From contig NIVC01003004.1 in NCBI GenBank assembly GCA_002269645.1, positions 62,171 to 126,170 on the forward strand: a stretch of DNA of 64,000 nt. The letters are read 5' to 3'. Below, one piece after another: positions 10,723 through 24,073 of this stretch (positions are counted from its first letter, which is position 1; every line of letters starts with the position of its first letter). The stretch is from Macrostomum lignano. Lineage: Eukaryota. The notes beneath the pieces were generated by a model that saw only the letters and a list, made by a program, of their open reading frames with translations, ran no database searches and had not been told where the DNA came from. The translations under genes were made by a program, and so were the position numbers.

Positions 10723-13700
10723 TCAGTTGGGCCCCAAATTTAATAAAAATTATTGTACTGTGACTGCAAGGTATCCAAGTTTCTTTCACAATTACTTTCT
10801 ATGACCAATTCTGGTCAGAATGGCTGCCAGTTTGGAATTCTTACAAGTAGATCTAAAAAGATCACATCATGCACAAAAATGCGAGTAGTTTTAGCCACAA
10901 TTAATGAGATTATGTCAAAGGCTTGGTGCAATCTACTTTCAAACAAAGTTTAGACTTTGGATAAAATATATTTACAATAAGAAATACCAAAATGAGAGTT
11001 AGTGATACCAAAGTGAATGCCAGAGGCAATGAGAATAATTGTCAAGGGTCACAGAAAAGACAGCTTAGCTAGCTTTTAAGTAAGACAATTCTTACATTAA
11101 TAAAACGATTCAAAAATATCTAAGAAATGGTGTAAAAGCCTATTAGAATATGTTTTAAAAAACTTAGACAGTTTCTAGGTAACTTAGCACACCTTATAAA
11201 ATTTATACCTATGCTGCACTTATATTACAATCAACTAGAGTTGTGATAATCAATTACCATTTTTAAGAGTGGCTATAGTATATAAAATTTATAGCAAGCT
11301 TCCTATAGATTATCTTATAGTTAATATAATAATGAATGCTAAATATGACAAATATAATCATTTTCTTTCATTTATTTTTTATTTCATACTATATTTTCTA
11401 ATCTATTTTGGATTTTTTCCTGCCTATATTATTTCACTCACTGGGCTTACTTGTAGCCCATTGTTTATTATAAAAGTAGATACTTCTTTTGTATATGCCC
11501 TTTCCTACATCTAGATCTGAGGCTTTAAGAGAAGTGAAGCATTATGAATAAAGTTTAACATGGATTTGAGGGCAATGATTTCCACAAAATCAGAAGGGTA
11601 GGGTTGGCATTTGGTCTAGGTGCATTTTCATTGAATTTCATCGAACACTTATAAATACTTGATGCATGCAAACTATGACATATTTCATAGGATTTAATCA
11701 TCCTAGTCATTGATAGTCACATTTTCAGTTCTATAATTATAGATAGCACACTAATTCAATATTATTATAATCAATATTATTATAACATTTAGGATAACAA
11801 TAGAAATGAAATATTTTCATCATATAGGATTATACATTTATCAAGATAAAATTGGCAAAGAAAACCTCATTAGGGTGCATAGTGAAAGGGCAATGGCTGT
11901 GTTTTCACTAGTTGGTCCCTTTTGTCCAATGGATAGATAGCCAAAGAAATATTTAAGGCAACTCTTAATTTGTTTTGAGTTTAATTTTTGTAAAAGCCCT
12001 TTTTCCATTGCTGCCAGCATAAGATAAATAATAATACAAGTAGTTATTATTACTTGTCTATTTTGATATAGCTATCAGCTATGCCTTATATATTTGCCCA
12101 TTGTTTATAGTCCCTTTTTGATTCTTTGCTTACTAACCTTTATTTACTGCTTCTTGTGCATTATCACATTGTCTAACAACCCTAGCTTGCAAGCTGTGGC
12201 AATCTATTCAGCTGATCAAGAGGCCCTTGATGAAGCATTTTACTAGGCTACCTAGTAGGTCCAAGTGCAGATAATAGCCTACTTAATAGGCCTTAGTAAA
12301 ATCTCTATCAATGAATGACACCTATCACAACTTGTGACTTACTCAAGGAATAGTTTCAATGAGTAGAAGTGTGCCTTTGTGTACAAAGGGTGACCTTAGC
12401 TTGTTTTAGCCCTTCTGCTAGCCATCACCTAGGAGGCTTGTTACCCACCTTCTATAGTTTTGAAGGCAATATTTATGCCAGGAAATCCTAGTGTATAACA
12501 AAAGTCTTATCATTTTTCATTGTATATCAGGGTATATCCTGGCATATATGACACAGCAGATACATTGTGTCAAATGACATTTATTGTACTGGTATACAAA
12601 CCTGGCATATAAACAAGGGCTTGTCATTTTTCTGGCATTAAAATTGGCATATATTAATATACAATTGAAACTATAGCCCACCTTTAAGAGGGATAGATTC
12701 CCCACTTGAGTTTTTCTATTTGGCACTTATGATAATCTATTATCAATCTTTTAATTGAATTTATTTTGATATTAATTGTTAATCTAAATAAAACCTAATT
12801 TAATTTTCAAAGAAAATATTTTTAATGTGTAAAAGTAAAGACTACTAGGTCTTGGTAAACTAATAACCTAACTTTTATCCTTTTCAATCATTTTTTGTTA
12901 CAACTGTTTCATTTCAAACAAAAAAATTAACAAATGAAAGAGAAATATTGCATTAAATGACTATCTATAGTCTATGACTTTATATATATAATATATATAT
13001 TAATATAAAGAAGGATACCTAGCATTTTGGAGACAAACTAAATCATAAATTTTTGCTAGGCCTAGGCCTAGGGTTCACTATCAACCATTGGTAGGCCAGC
13101 CCATTGACAAGAAGGTGGGATAGTGTGCATTGGAAAAACTAATTATAGAACGAATTAAAGGGCCTATTATAGGCCTATAATAAATATTATTTTGTACACC
13201 AAGCAAGTCATTATATCAACAATTAAAAAATTTCAAAATCATTTTGCTTAATAATTAAGTTCATTGGGCCTTACCTTTTAGGCATGGCAGCCATGTCTAT
13301 AATATTTGAGCTTATAGGCAAAGCTATAATCATTGATATAGAATTTATGTTCTATAAGGCTTTTTTTATAAATAAATGGTGGCTTAGTGGATATGTCTTA
13401 GTTCTGTCACTTTGTTGACATTTTGTATTGAGTCAACCATGTGACACCTATGCTATTGGACATGAATAATAATGTGAATGCCTAAACAATCTATTAGGGA
13501 AGGTAGTTTTTTTGCTATATATTGATTTATATTATATGTTATATATTTATTGATTTTTATTATATAGATCATGTTTACTAATGACAAAAACACTATGGGC
13601 AGAAATTGTTTTGCATGTTATTGTAACTACAATATTGATAGGTTAACTCACATTGACCAAATGATGTTTTGTTATTAGATTTTTTCTTGGGTCAGAATAA

Positions 13701-16019
13701 ATTTGCCAGTTATTTAGCTTTTTTTTCATATTATATACATTTGAGAAACTTTAATATGAAGGCATCAATGAGGCTCTTTTTTCTATAGACAAGTTTTTTT
13801 ATTAGTGCAAAGGCTAAGACCAATGAAAGCTTGATAAAGAATCAGAAAGTTTTTTATCACAAAGTTGCAAAGGCCAGGAGTGAAGAAAGCTTGGCAAGTA
13901 ATCAGGAAATTTATTGATCATAGCAAAGTTGCTTGTCTTATTAGCTGATAGTTTACTAGGCATCATTTTGACAAACTAGATCATCTTGGTTATGAATGCT
14001 TAAAGCATCGAGGCCCAATGAGCAGCAATTTCATACTTGTTCTCCATGTAGAATAAGTAGATAACTTTTGAGGTATTGTGCCAAAATGGTAAAAGGTAAA
14101 AGTAGTAGCTATAATATATTTATAGGAGAAATGTCTTGAAATAGAAATAGAGGCCAGTTTAATGCAGTTATATTAATAATTTGACATCATGTATAGTCTG
14201 TATTTGTAGTGAAAATCAAAATCAAATGAGCTTTTGCCTTTTTTCTCTAGCTATTTGGCTTTAACCATGGCTAGCACATGGGTAAGGCTATAGATTTTGT
14301 ATATAATGCCTATTGCAATTAAAAAATCACAGCTTTTCATCAAGATCTATAAAGCACTAGTGTCTAGTATTTGTATATTAGGTTTTAGATTAGGCTATCA
14401 GTTTCTATACTGTTCACAATTGGATAGGACACTTGATGCTAGCCAAGTATGACTAGGTGATCAGCCATGCTCTGGTTGCCTTGTCATTTTACTTAATAGA
14501 GAACTTGCTACTATATCAAGGCACTCCTAGATGAGGATTGAGGATACTCATATGGTAGTCTGTCTGCTAGCTTGCTGCCTATGTTAGTGTTCCAACAACA
14601 ATTGTCTATCAATACTTGACAGAAGAAATTACATTAGTGAAAATCTTGGTCTGCTATGTGCCTTGACTTCTCAGAGAGTTCCATGATGACTGTCCATTCC
14701 AAGAGAGGCCAATACAACCTCAACTCTGCCAACTCTGCCAAGTCTGGCCCTTATAACCAATGAGTGTTTTTGCAGATGCTAGTCTAGTCTGGCATAGATT
14801 AAAAAATGTTTGGTGTGCCAAGGCTCAAGCTCAAGGTAAAGAAAGAGAGGACCACTGGTATCTGGTGCACTTTTGCATTTTGTCCAGTACTTAAAAGAAC
14901 TGTTTGGCATAATTTGACTTTTTTTTATCCTTGGCTACAATATGGAGTCTGTCAAGGACACTGGATAAAGTTTAATCCCAAATGGTAACAAGTGGAGACT
15001 TGGGCAAGACAAGACCATAAATTGCCATAATTTCACTTGCTATACTTCACTATGCTAGTGACATTCACAAGCCACTTGTGGAGACTTAGGGCAAGTCTGA
15101 AAGAGACTTAATAATAATAGGGCAAGGGGTTCTGGTGAAGTGCAACTCAGTTTGAACTTAAGGGGACAAATGTTTCATGAATTTTATTGACTCTATTAAA
15201 ATTTGTCTGATGAAAAGGTAACTAATGTTGCTATAGGCCCTATATGAAATCTAAGGAGGATTATCTAAAACTATCCAAACTATTATTGAAGACATTTTTA
15301 GCCACCTACCATTTTTGTGTTCTGTTCCAGCAATGACAGGAAATACTTTTAGCAAGTTTTTGCACAAAAAGGGCATGCCTGCATCAAGAGTCACACCAAC
15401 CATACTTTAAGAGTACAGATTTCTATTGGCTACTGAGAAGCAGCGACTGAAGAATGTGGCTAAAAGGAGGCCCATGACCTTCTGGCGCATGGTGAAAGAA
15501 ATTGAAAAGCTTGGGGAGGCAGAAAAGAAAGATTTTGCACTCCTCATGTTTCATTGCAAAGATAATGCTAAGAACAATGTTACAATTTCACAGTCCTGCC
15601 AAGCACGACTTCTTGATCACTTGCAGGCCATGGTTTTGGTGAGTGAGCAGGGCAATATTAAGTAGCATTCCATTTTTCCAAGAGATGTGAATACACCTGA
15701 TTGTCCTCTAATTTAGACTTACCACACTGGCCACAATGTTGCACAAGTTCAAAAGCCAACCACTGCTGCACTACAAGATGCCGTGTGCCGTATGGCAATG
15801 AAGGCATATCATAAGCTCATCTTGCTTTTGCCTGCTTTAGAGCGAAATATAGCACTGATGCATATTTTAAAAGCAGAACAATGTATGCTTACAGACATGC
15901 AGTTTCTTCTCAACATAGGGGTTGTATTACGATGCATTTCTTAACCTAAGTTTCATCGTAAGTCAGAACTTTTAACACAGATGAGATAGGTGTTAAGATT
16001 GTTCTCAAGATAAAAAAGT

Positions 16020-16550
16020 TTTGTAGTACAACCACATACTACAAAATTGACATAATCTCCAGCACTCTCAAAACACCTTTGCAACCTCCTTATCCACTTT
16101 TTGAAGGACTCAGCAAATGCTGAAGTGGGCATGGGGTTTGTGAGACCCCTCCAAGGCAGTCTCCACCTTGCTCCTTGCCAACACATGCGGGCATGCATTG
16201 TTCTGATGCAGGAACCAGCCTCTTTGGACAATTTTCGCTGGATGTGGTCTCTCAATATGTCCAACACTCCACAGTATTTCTGTACTGTGGACTACATGTA
16301 GTAGTCACTGTTCACTGTCTGTCCATGTGGCACATAGTGGGTATACACTAAGCCCTGTTGCAATGTTGCCTACAGTCTGTATAGTTGGCTCCTGGTTCTG
16401 GCCATGACCATCTGAGCTGGCTTCATGGTTGGAGCATAGTTGGTCAAAGATGTGGTAGACTTGACTTTGGGACAAAGCCTGATCTTGGTGAATATCTTGC
16501 AAGTGCTTTAACCACTCCAATGCCGATTTTCCTGCCACAAAGAAGTCCAC
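16020..16550 (-). mobile_element. Decayed mariner/Tc1 transposase remnant
   Basis: Fragments VPHGQTVNSDYY, LDILRDHIQRK and ESFKKWIRRLQRCFESAGDY, plus an N-terminal HTH-like segment (ALSQSQVYHIF), are typical of mariner transposases. Multiple frameshifts and deletions. Confidence 0.65.
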
Positions 16551-18208
16551 AACAACTTCTCTTTGATGGACAATTTTAAGTCTTGATAAATAGTGTAGGA
16601 GTAACTTCAGTAAAGTTAAAAGTGAGCTGCAAAGAGATATAGATAAGATAAGATAGAAAGCTTAAAATGATGGACTAAGGAGTGGATAAGTTTTTCTTTT
16701 AGTCTGACTTTTTTCCTCAGAGCATAAACTGGTTTTTGACAAAAGCATCACTCTTATATTTAGCCAGACAGCCCTTGTATTATGTGCTAATTTATATTTT
16801 TCACTTCTTTAGATGATGCCAGCATGCTTGGCCCAGTTCCCTGGAATGAACTGGCTAGGGACAACACCCAATCAGAAAACTTCAAAGTTCCGGGATTTTT
16901 TGTCCCAAGTTTATTTTCAAATCCACGGGATTTGAAAGTCGCGGCATGCAAGGAGATCTTTCTGAATGGCATCGAATTTGTTTGAAGGCCCGAATTTGTT
17001 CAAAGTGAAGCTCCTGTAATGCTGGATGACTTGCTTTGTGATCCTGACGGCGCCTTGACCTAAACAGTGTAGCCAGATATTAGAATTTTTAGGCATTTTA
17101 TAACAAAGCCTATAGTCATTTCCAGCCTTTTTGGCCTTGCGACCTATAGCAGTCTGATTTGCCTGCAGTCTTCCTATTGCTTGTGTGCCATTTGGGTTGC
17201 TGCAGTTTTGCAACTAGTGTTTGTATGCGCCTACTTTTGTGAAAATGAAAGTTAGTTTAACAGTAATTAGCAAACTAAGTTAGTTTGCTTAGTTACAATC
17301 AAATATGGCAAAATATTGTGAATTTTGTTAATAAAGATCAAATGTGTTTATTTTGTTTATTCATAGCAATCTGCGTTCTCATTTCTTTAAAATGTGTTTG
17401 GTGCCTCCTTTAGAGTAAAGATTAGAAAGTTTTGCCCAGTCACTTCCTAGCTCTGCTGGATATTTTTTGACTTCTGTTCTTGGTACCTTCTAGCATGCCC
17501 TATGTCCCCACATTGCTAACTAAGTGAAGTTTCTTGTGAAGTTAATTTGACGATCATTATTCATACTTTTAATGCAAAACAATCCATTACTACAAGCAAT
17601 GTATAGTTGCGTATGTGGTTTGAGAGATTGACAATGATTAAGTTTCATGAGTGGTTGCCACACATTGTCTCATAGATAAATGCTTTTGATCAGCATTGAA
17701 CAATCCATCATTGTTTCATGATAAAGTGAATCTAATTGTTCAACGCTAAAAAAAGATGAGAAATTTTGGTTGCATGAGGCCATAGACATAAAGCAAATCT
17801 GATTATTCAATGCTAAAAAGACAAGAATTTTGGTTGCTTGAGGCCATAGACATAAATTTTCTTGGCTAGATTGAAGCTTGTAAGAGCCTGTGTGTACTAT
17901 TTAGACGATAATAGACAGACAAACACCATTGAGATTATTTTTTCTTGTCAAGCAAAAAACTGAAAATGATAAATTGGAAGCATCTACTGGTAGAATATTT
18001 GGATAGAGTATCATCCAAGGAGTTGCAGTTTCTGTCAAATGTGAGCTTTCTAGATCACAGCCAAGACCAAGACCTGAAGGACTTCATTGACTTCATAACT
18101 GATCATAGCAGGAACGACAACAATGTGCTAGATGTGCAGTTGCTGGATGAAGATGTCGTAGCCATTAGCGGTGCTAGTAGCGTAGCCAGTGATGGACTAT
18201 TGTCTTAG

Positions 18209-18700
18209 TTGGATAACACCGAGCTACAATTGCTGCCAAAAACAACCAGGGATCAAATGATTCAGCACGGCAGCAAATTTATAAATTACATGGATTCATT
18301 TAGTGTACACAGACAAACATTGGCTACAATCAGAGCTGAACAATTAAACAAGTATTTGCAACTCTATTACTTTTGTCTGAAGAAACCTGATGGTGAGCTA
18401 TATTCAGCCACAAGTTTTGTTTGCATTAGAGCTGGAATACAACGTAGGCCTACTTTTGTCATGTCATCAAGCAAGAAATAAACCTGGTTGGCAGTTCCAA
18501 GTTTTCAACATCAAATTGAATGCTACAGGTCAGGGTTTGAGAATTTCAATCTGCAGGAGGCAACTTCAAGCATTATGAACCTATTGAGCTAGATGATTTA
18601 GCCAAGTTACAAGAATACTTTAATTGCACCACTGGAGAGAGGCTGCAAGACAAAACCTTATTAATGCTACTCTATGTCTTGGGCAAGCGCGGCTATAATA
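18209..18700 (+). mobile_element. Crypton-A-like (DUF3504 tyrosine recombinase) remnant
   Basis: LNKYLQLYYFCLKKPDGELYSATSFVCIRAGIQR followed by DDLAKLQEYF...LQDKTLLMLLYVLGKRG resembles the KCTD1/ZMYM/Crypton-A DUF3504 pattern. Interrupted by frameshifts. Confidence 0.6.
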
Positions 18701-19849
18701 TGAACATAATTAGGCCCACAACTAGTTTGTTATACTGCGATAATTTCTATTAATTGCCTCACATCATGTGGCACCTTTTTAAACCCCACATTAGATTTAA
18801 ATGTGAAATTTATGTCAATGAAAATTTTGATATGATTTGCTTCTTTATTACTAATTAGTATATTTATACTACTTACTTCAATATGTCAAAAGATAATGCT
18901 GTTTTTCAACTACAAATAGATCATTATCTTTATAACAATCAAAAAAGAAGCAAAAAAAACATTTTGCCTTAAAATTTCTACCTAGAAGCTTAAAATCTGC
19001 ATTTTTCTGATCTCATGATTGAATCCCAGGATTGGCCAAATTCTGGGATTAAAATCCCAGGATCCTAGGGTTGCAAAAAACTGGGATTTTGCAATTTGCA
19101 AAATTTTACAATTTAGCAATCTGAATCTAGGTGTAGGTGGCTGTGTCTATAAGTTTCTGTATTATAGACTTGGCCACCGTGTCTCTAAGTGTGGCGTAAA
19201 GAAAGTTTGTATTAAACATTAAATTTAAAATAGCCTAGGGGCCTAGGCCTATTTGTTGCATAGGCCTAGGAAAATTATGCATTGTCCATTGATATAAAAA
19301 AATTCCGCATTTGAGTCGGCGTCCATCTAGGAAGAGATGTGCGTTAAACCCGGTCGATTCACTCAGCTTTAGATATAAAAAATAGCCTATATAGCCGGAT
19401 CCGGAAAATTTGCAGATTTCTAATTTAAGTTTCAACGCTGACTTGCAAGTCTAGGAATAGTGATCGAACATACACACACAGACAAACAACGCATCACTTT
19501 TAGTATACAAATTTGCAGTTTTCCCATATGCAGGTTTCGACGCTAAATTGACACGCCACTAGTCTAGGAGTTAAATTGCAATAGTAGGCCTATATTATGT
19601 ATATAAAGAGTCAGATTTTTAAAAGCTTGCCTTTATGTTGACTTTATAGCATTTCAAATAGCCGTCGATTTTCCAGGAAGTTTGTTGGTATTAAGACAAA
19701 TTTTCTTGAAAGCTAGGAAAGCTAGGATTTCTAAGCTTCCTAACTGTTTTGCTGTGCTAAAAAATTCTCTTTTTCAAAATTCTCATATGGATTGGGATGT
19801 GTTTAAGCACATTGGCTTATAGTTTTTATTCTTATTGCATATCGCTTAG

Positions 19850-22800
19850 CCATGGCCCTATGGGGCAGGATACGAATGCCAACGTCAATTAGACGGCGGG
19901 CAGTCTTAGCCCTGCGGACGAAGATGTCCAGCGGGGGAATGTTGAGGAAAGCGTTGAGGCCATCGTAATGGAGCAGACGGCGGGGCGCTCATGATCATGC
20001 GGCATGCGCGCCCTTCGTTCTACTGAGAGCCTTCAGGCAGGTCTCTTCATCTGCAGGGCGCAAGCCCAGATCAGGCCGCCGTATAACGAGACAGCAGGTC
20101 TAACCATTGCAGTGTAGATCCACCAGAGACGCTTGGGGTGAGCCCCAAGGTGGTGCCGACGGCCCTGCGCAGTTGCGCTACGACTTCGAGGGCCTTTTTG
20201 GCTTTAGCTTAAACGTGGGGTGGATCAGTTCAGCGTGTGGTCAAGGGTAATTCAAAGACATTTAGTCTGCTTGCAGAGAGGGATTTCAGCGGCTGAATTT
20301 GCCACAATTGGTCCTGTTGGTGAACATGATCGCTCCATCTTAGTCTCAGAGAGCTTTAACCACAACAATGTGCCTACTGCTCAGCGGCGTAGATAAAGTT
20401 TTGAAGAAGGTCCCTGAGGGTGTCAGAGGACGGACCAGACGCCACCGCGGGTGGTGACATCGTCCGCATATCCTACTTTCAGAATGGGGTCAGGCCCAGC
20501 ATCCTGAAGAAGCTCATCGATGACCATATTCCAGAGAACTGGAGACAGCACCCCACGTTGCAGGCTACCTTAGCAGATGAGGACCGTCCGCTGGTAGCCC
20601 AGACTGGCGGTGGACGTGCTGTGGCTGATCATGTACATGATCCACCTGGTGAGATGTGAGTGCGTTTGGCCCTCACAACGGCTTCGCTATGGGGATCTTT
20701 CTAGACATCATGGGCGCCTTCGACAACTTCCTCTTCGAGGCGTTCCAAAGCTTTTTGAACGACTCGAAGAGGAAGTAGTCGAAGGCGCCATGATGTCTAG
20801 GAAGATACCCAGAGCGAAGCCGTTTCCAAGCACGGCCTTCTTAAGTTTATCGACCAAGACGTGCAGCGCGCTTTCAGTGGAGCAACAACTCGAAAGCGTG
20901 CTGGTTTTCGCTGAGAGAGCTTGACCAGGTAGGAGGTCAGGATGATTGGTCTGAAGTATTTGATATATAGAATGGTAGTCCGAAGGCCTGGCTTAGGTAT
21001 GAAAATCACCTTTGCTTCGGTCCAAGCCTGTTGGACATAACGAAGCGGGATGCATGCCCGGAAAAGGCCGTCGGGTCCTGGAGCTTTGAAAGGTTTGAAT
21101 CGAAGGAGTTGGCCGTTCTTCCAATGCGGTCCTCCGTGATGATAGAGGGAGCCAGCGCGTGACCTCCTTCAGAGTGGTCCGGAGTGGTCAGCAGGTTGAC
21201 CGGCTCGTTGGGGAAAAACGCAAGAGAGCATTACATCAAGCATTTCACTGGGTTTGTCCGTGAACGTTCCGTCCGGGTTAGGGAATCAGTGTTTCTGGCG
21301 TTCTGTCTCCACGTAACAAAATTTGGGCTGCGCGCGGCCATCAGGTTGAAGGAGATGAACTTGTGATTGGAGAGTGAGGACGCTGAAAACACCCGCCACG
21401 CTCCAATGCTATGGTAGAGCCTGGGTGTTGCGAGTGTGACATCGATAACCTCCGACCACCGACCGTTGTCAAATGTATGGGTGGACCCAGAGTTGCAAAA
21501 CTCAAGGGTCATGGAGGCAAAATAAACTCGGTGGTTTCAATCCAGCCTTCTGGCTGTTGGGGTGGAGCGCGAGAACCCGCTCAAGGAGGCTCCTAGCCTG
21601 GTACAGCGGCGTTGAATCTGACCGGACCTCCGGGTGCTCCTGACAGGTCTGCGGTTGCGGTTGCCGGATTTAGCAGCGCGAACTGCCCTACCGGACTGGG
21701 AATCGGCCGTTTGCCTCTGCTTCTTTGCTGGAGGAGCCTGGGCTCCAGTTCCGGTTTCGGAAGCCTCAGCATGCTAATTGGCTCCGTCAGCTTTCCGCCC
21801 TTACAGCGAAGGGTGGTCAGCTGAGCCAGGCCAAGGTGGATCGTGGACTCAGGCGACAAGCGATTAGTCCAGGCGTCAGAGAGCCCTAAGATCACCGTGC
21901 CCCCTTCTCCTTGCGGGAAGTGGCGTGGTGTAGGAGCCCGTTGACCTCGAGGTCAGGGTGCACCTTTTGCAGGATCTGCCTAAGCTGATCCCCTGACTTG
22001 ATGGCACTGCCGGCCGGGATCCAGACGCGAAAGCGCTGGGTCTTTTGTCGCACGCCCTCGCTTGCGAAGACGAGTTAGCCGAGCTTCTTTAGCCAATTCA
22101 ATTTCGGCAGAAGCTCCTTAGACTGCGGCTGCTCTCCTCCGAGTTGCACCAGATGAAGATACAGCTAGCCGTCAGTCTTTGCTGATCTGACTACGCTCAC
22201 GGAGCGGCCTGCCAGGAGCTGGTCAATATAAGCGCGGCGTTGATGGTGCACCAGGCACTGTCGAGCTCATCGGCAGTGAGGTCTTGCTCCTCCCCGAAGA
22301 CGATGACCGCCGGTTGGAGCTTGACCTTTAAGGCGTAGTTGGTGGTCCCGAAGGCCCGGCCGTGCTGATGGCAGGTTTGCTGGGTGGCATACCATCGGGG
22401 GTTGTTTCCTGGGGGCAGGGGTTGCTGTGGTTCCTATATCGGCCTAACAGCAGCCTCGCCCTCCCGAGGTTTCTCCCTCCGCAAGTGGCCAGCCCGCAGC
22501 TTCCCTGTCCCGTTGTCGCCGTCGTCGCTCATTCCGGCGTTGGTTACGAGCACGTCGGGCCTCTGCAGAGGGCCTGGGTGCGCATGTGGGCTTGTCGCCA
22601 GACGAGCCGGCGTCGAGCCCAACTGCCCTCAATGTGGCGGTGCTGGCGCAAGAATCACCGGCTGGAGTTGCCGGGGTCCCGGCTTCAGCGGGATTGTTAA
22701 AGGCGGTGGATGTTATTGCTGAAAGCGGGAATTAGTGAGCGGAGTCACAAAAATAATGAAAAAAGGAGAAAAGGACCGCTAGCGACCGGACTACTCCCCG

Positions 22801-23140
22801 ACCTTCCAGCTCATCGGCACGGTCAAACACCTTAGACATCAGAAGGTACGTTAAGCAGTACCACGGCCTGCAGGCTGGCGAGCCAGTTTCACATACCCAA
22901 GTTCGGCCAAAGCCACTGGAGGGTACCCAGCGTCGGAGCCCAGTCTGTCCAGCGGTCCTAGGGTTTGCTTTGAACACACGCAGGGACGGGTACCCCTGGG
23001 TTGGCTTGCGAGACAGCCTGGTGGGGGGGGGTCTGCGGCAGCCGGATGCAAATAAAGGGTGCAGACCTCCCACCAGCCTTAACCTGCTGAAGATAGGGGC
23101 AGGCGTGAAGCATCGCAGACCTTAGCCCATAGGCCTAGTC
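19850..23140 (-). mobile_element. Decayed non-LTR retrotransposon, LOA/R1-like (ORF1, partial endonuclease, RT; 3' truncated)
   Basis: Endonuclease: FCNSGSTHTF..SEVIDVTL...SNHKFISF. RT: KAPGPDG, WTEAKVIFIPKPG, FRPIILTSYL, QGGVLSPVLWNMVIDELL, GYADDV (~20455-20475), WIYTAMVRP. ORF1 remnant ~21600-22700. Many stops and frameshifts. Ends are approximate. Confidence 0.85.
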
Positions 23141-24073
23141 TGCCTCATACTTCACTGGCATGCTGAATTCGCCTTTGCGTGGGTGTATAGCTGTATAGCT
23201 CAAGTCAGGAACGAAATTTCAACTTTTTATTTTATATTTATCAATAGCGACGGTACAAGTTAAGGACAGTGTATACAGTGGTCCTTGCAACAGTATTTTA
23301 CGATTGTGAATCGTATTAATTTGATTAAGGACTTAAGTTAAATATCACGGGAGCAGCTGTGGCGCATGGTACCTAGCTAGTATATATACATGCAGCAACT
23401 GTAGTAGCTGGCTGCTACGAGTTTAGAGCTTTTGGAGATTTTGGTTATAGCGCTCTGTGGCAAGTATATTTCTTGTCTTATTATAAAGCTCGGGGCTTTT
23501 CTACCCAGAGTACTAACTGCAGTTGGCGCTGCAATCTGGTTTTAATTTTCAATTTCCTCAAACACAAGTATGTTTTGCTTGATAAGTAAAAAAAATTACT
23601 GCTAGACGACGCATATCCCAGGAAATCATGTGATTCATGACGCACTGTACGTTTGCATACGAACGATACGAGCGTACACCAAGAGAGAAGAAAGATTTCT
23701 TGTGCCAGAGGCACAAGATATGGGGCGGGGTTTCTCAGAAATACAGATGAAGCTGAGCAATCTAGGAGCGAGATATGACGTTCAACCGAAGCTGCACAAC
23801 CCTCTCTCCCACTACCGAGTTGCCATTGGTTATATTCAAATCCCATCTCCAAATCTTCTTCTCTTCCCCTTGAACCCCCACGCGCTTGTTTCATTTTAAC
23901 TCCCATTTAGCTATGCGCGCGACAATCTTGGGTCTGATAAGTGTTGATAAAACGGCGAGAGGTCGCGGGCTTAGACTATATTTTTTTCGTTTTACCGGCC
24001 ATAATATTAACAAAGGCAATCTCCTAAACGACTGATATTCAGCAAATTAGCCCGCAATTGAAACCTATGCAGG

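Noticed and set aside
19440-19510. Possible 5' end of another Helitron (cacacacagacaaac...cttttagtatac)
   Set aside because: Resembles the trimer's 5' end but lacks the TC start, and I found no matching hairpin-CTAG end.
22700-23200. Possible HDV-like or hammerhead ribozyme at the LINE 5' end (known for some R2/LOA/RTE elements)
   Set aside because: I found hairpins (gcagac/gtctgc) but could not assemble the nested double pseudoknot or a CUGANGA...GAAA core. An Infernal or RNArobo search would be decisive.
23630-23899. 89-aa ORF upstream of IP3K
   Set aside because: No recognisable motif and no supported splice link to the kinase.
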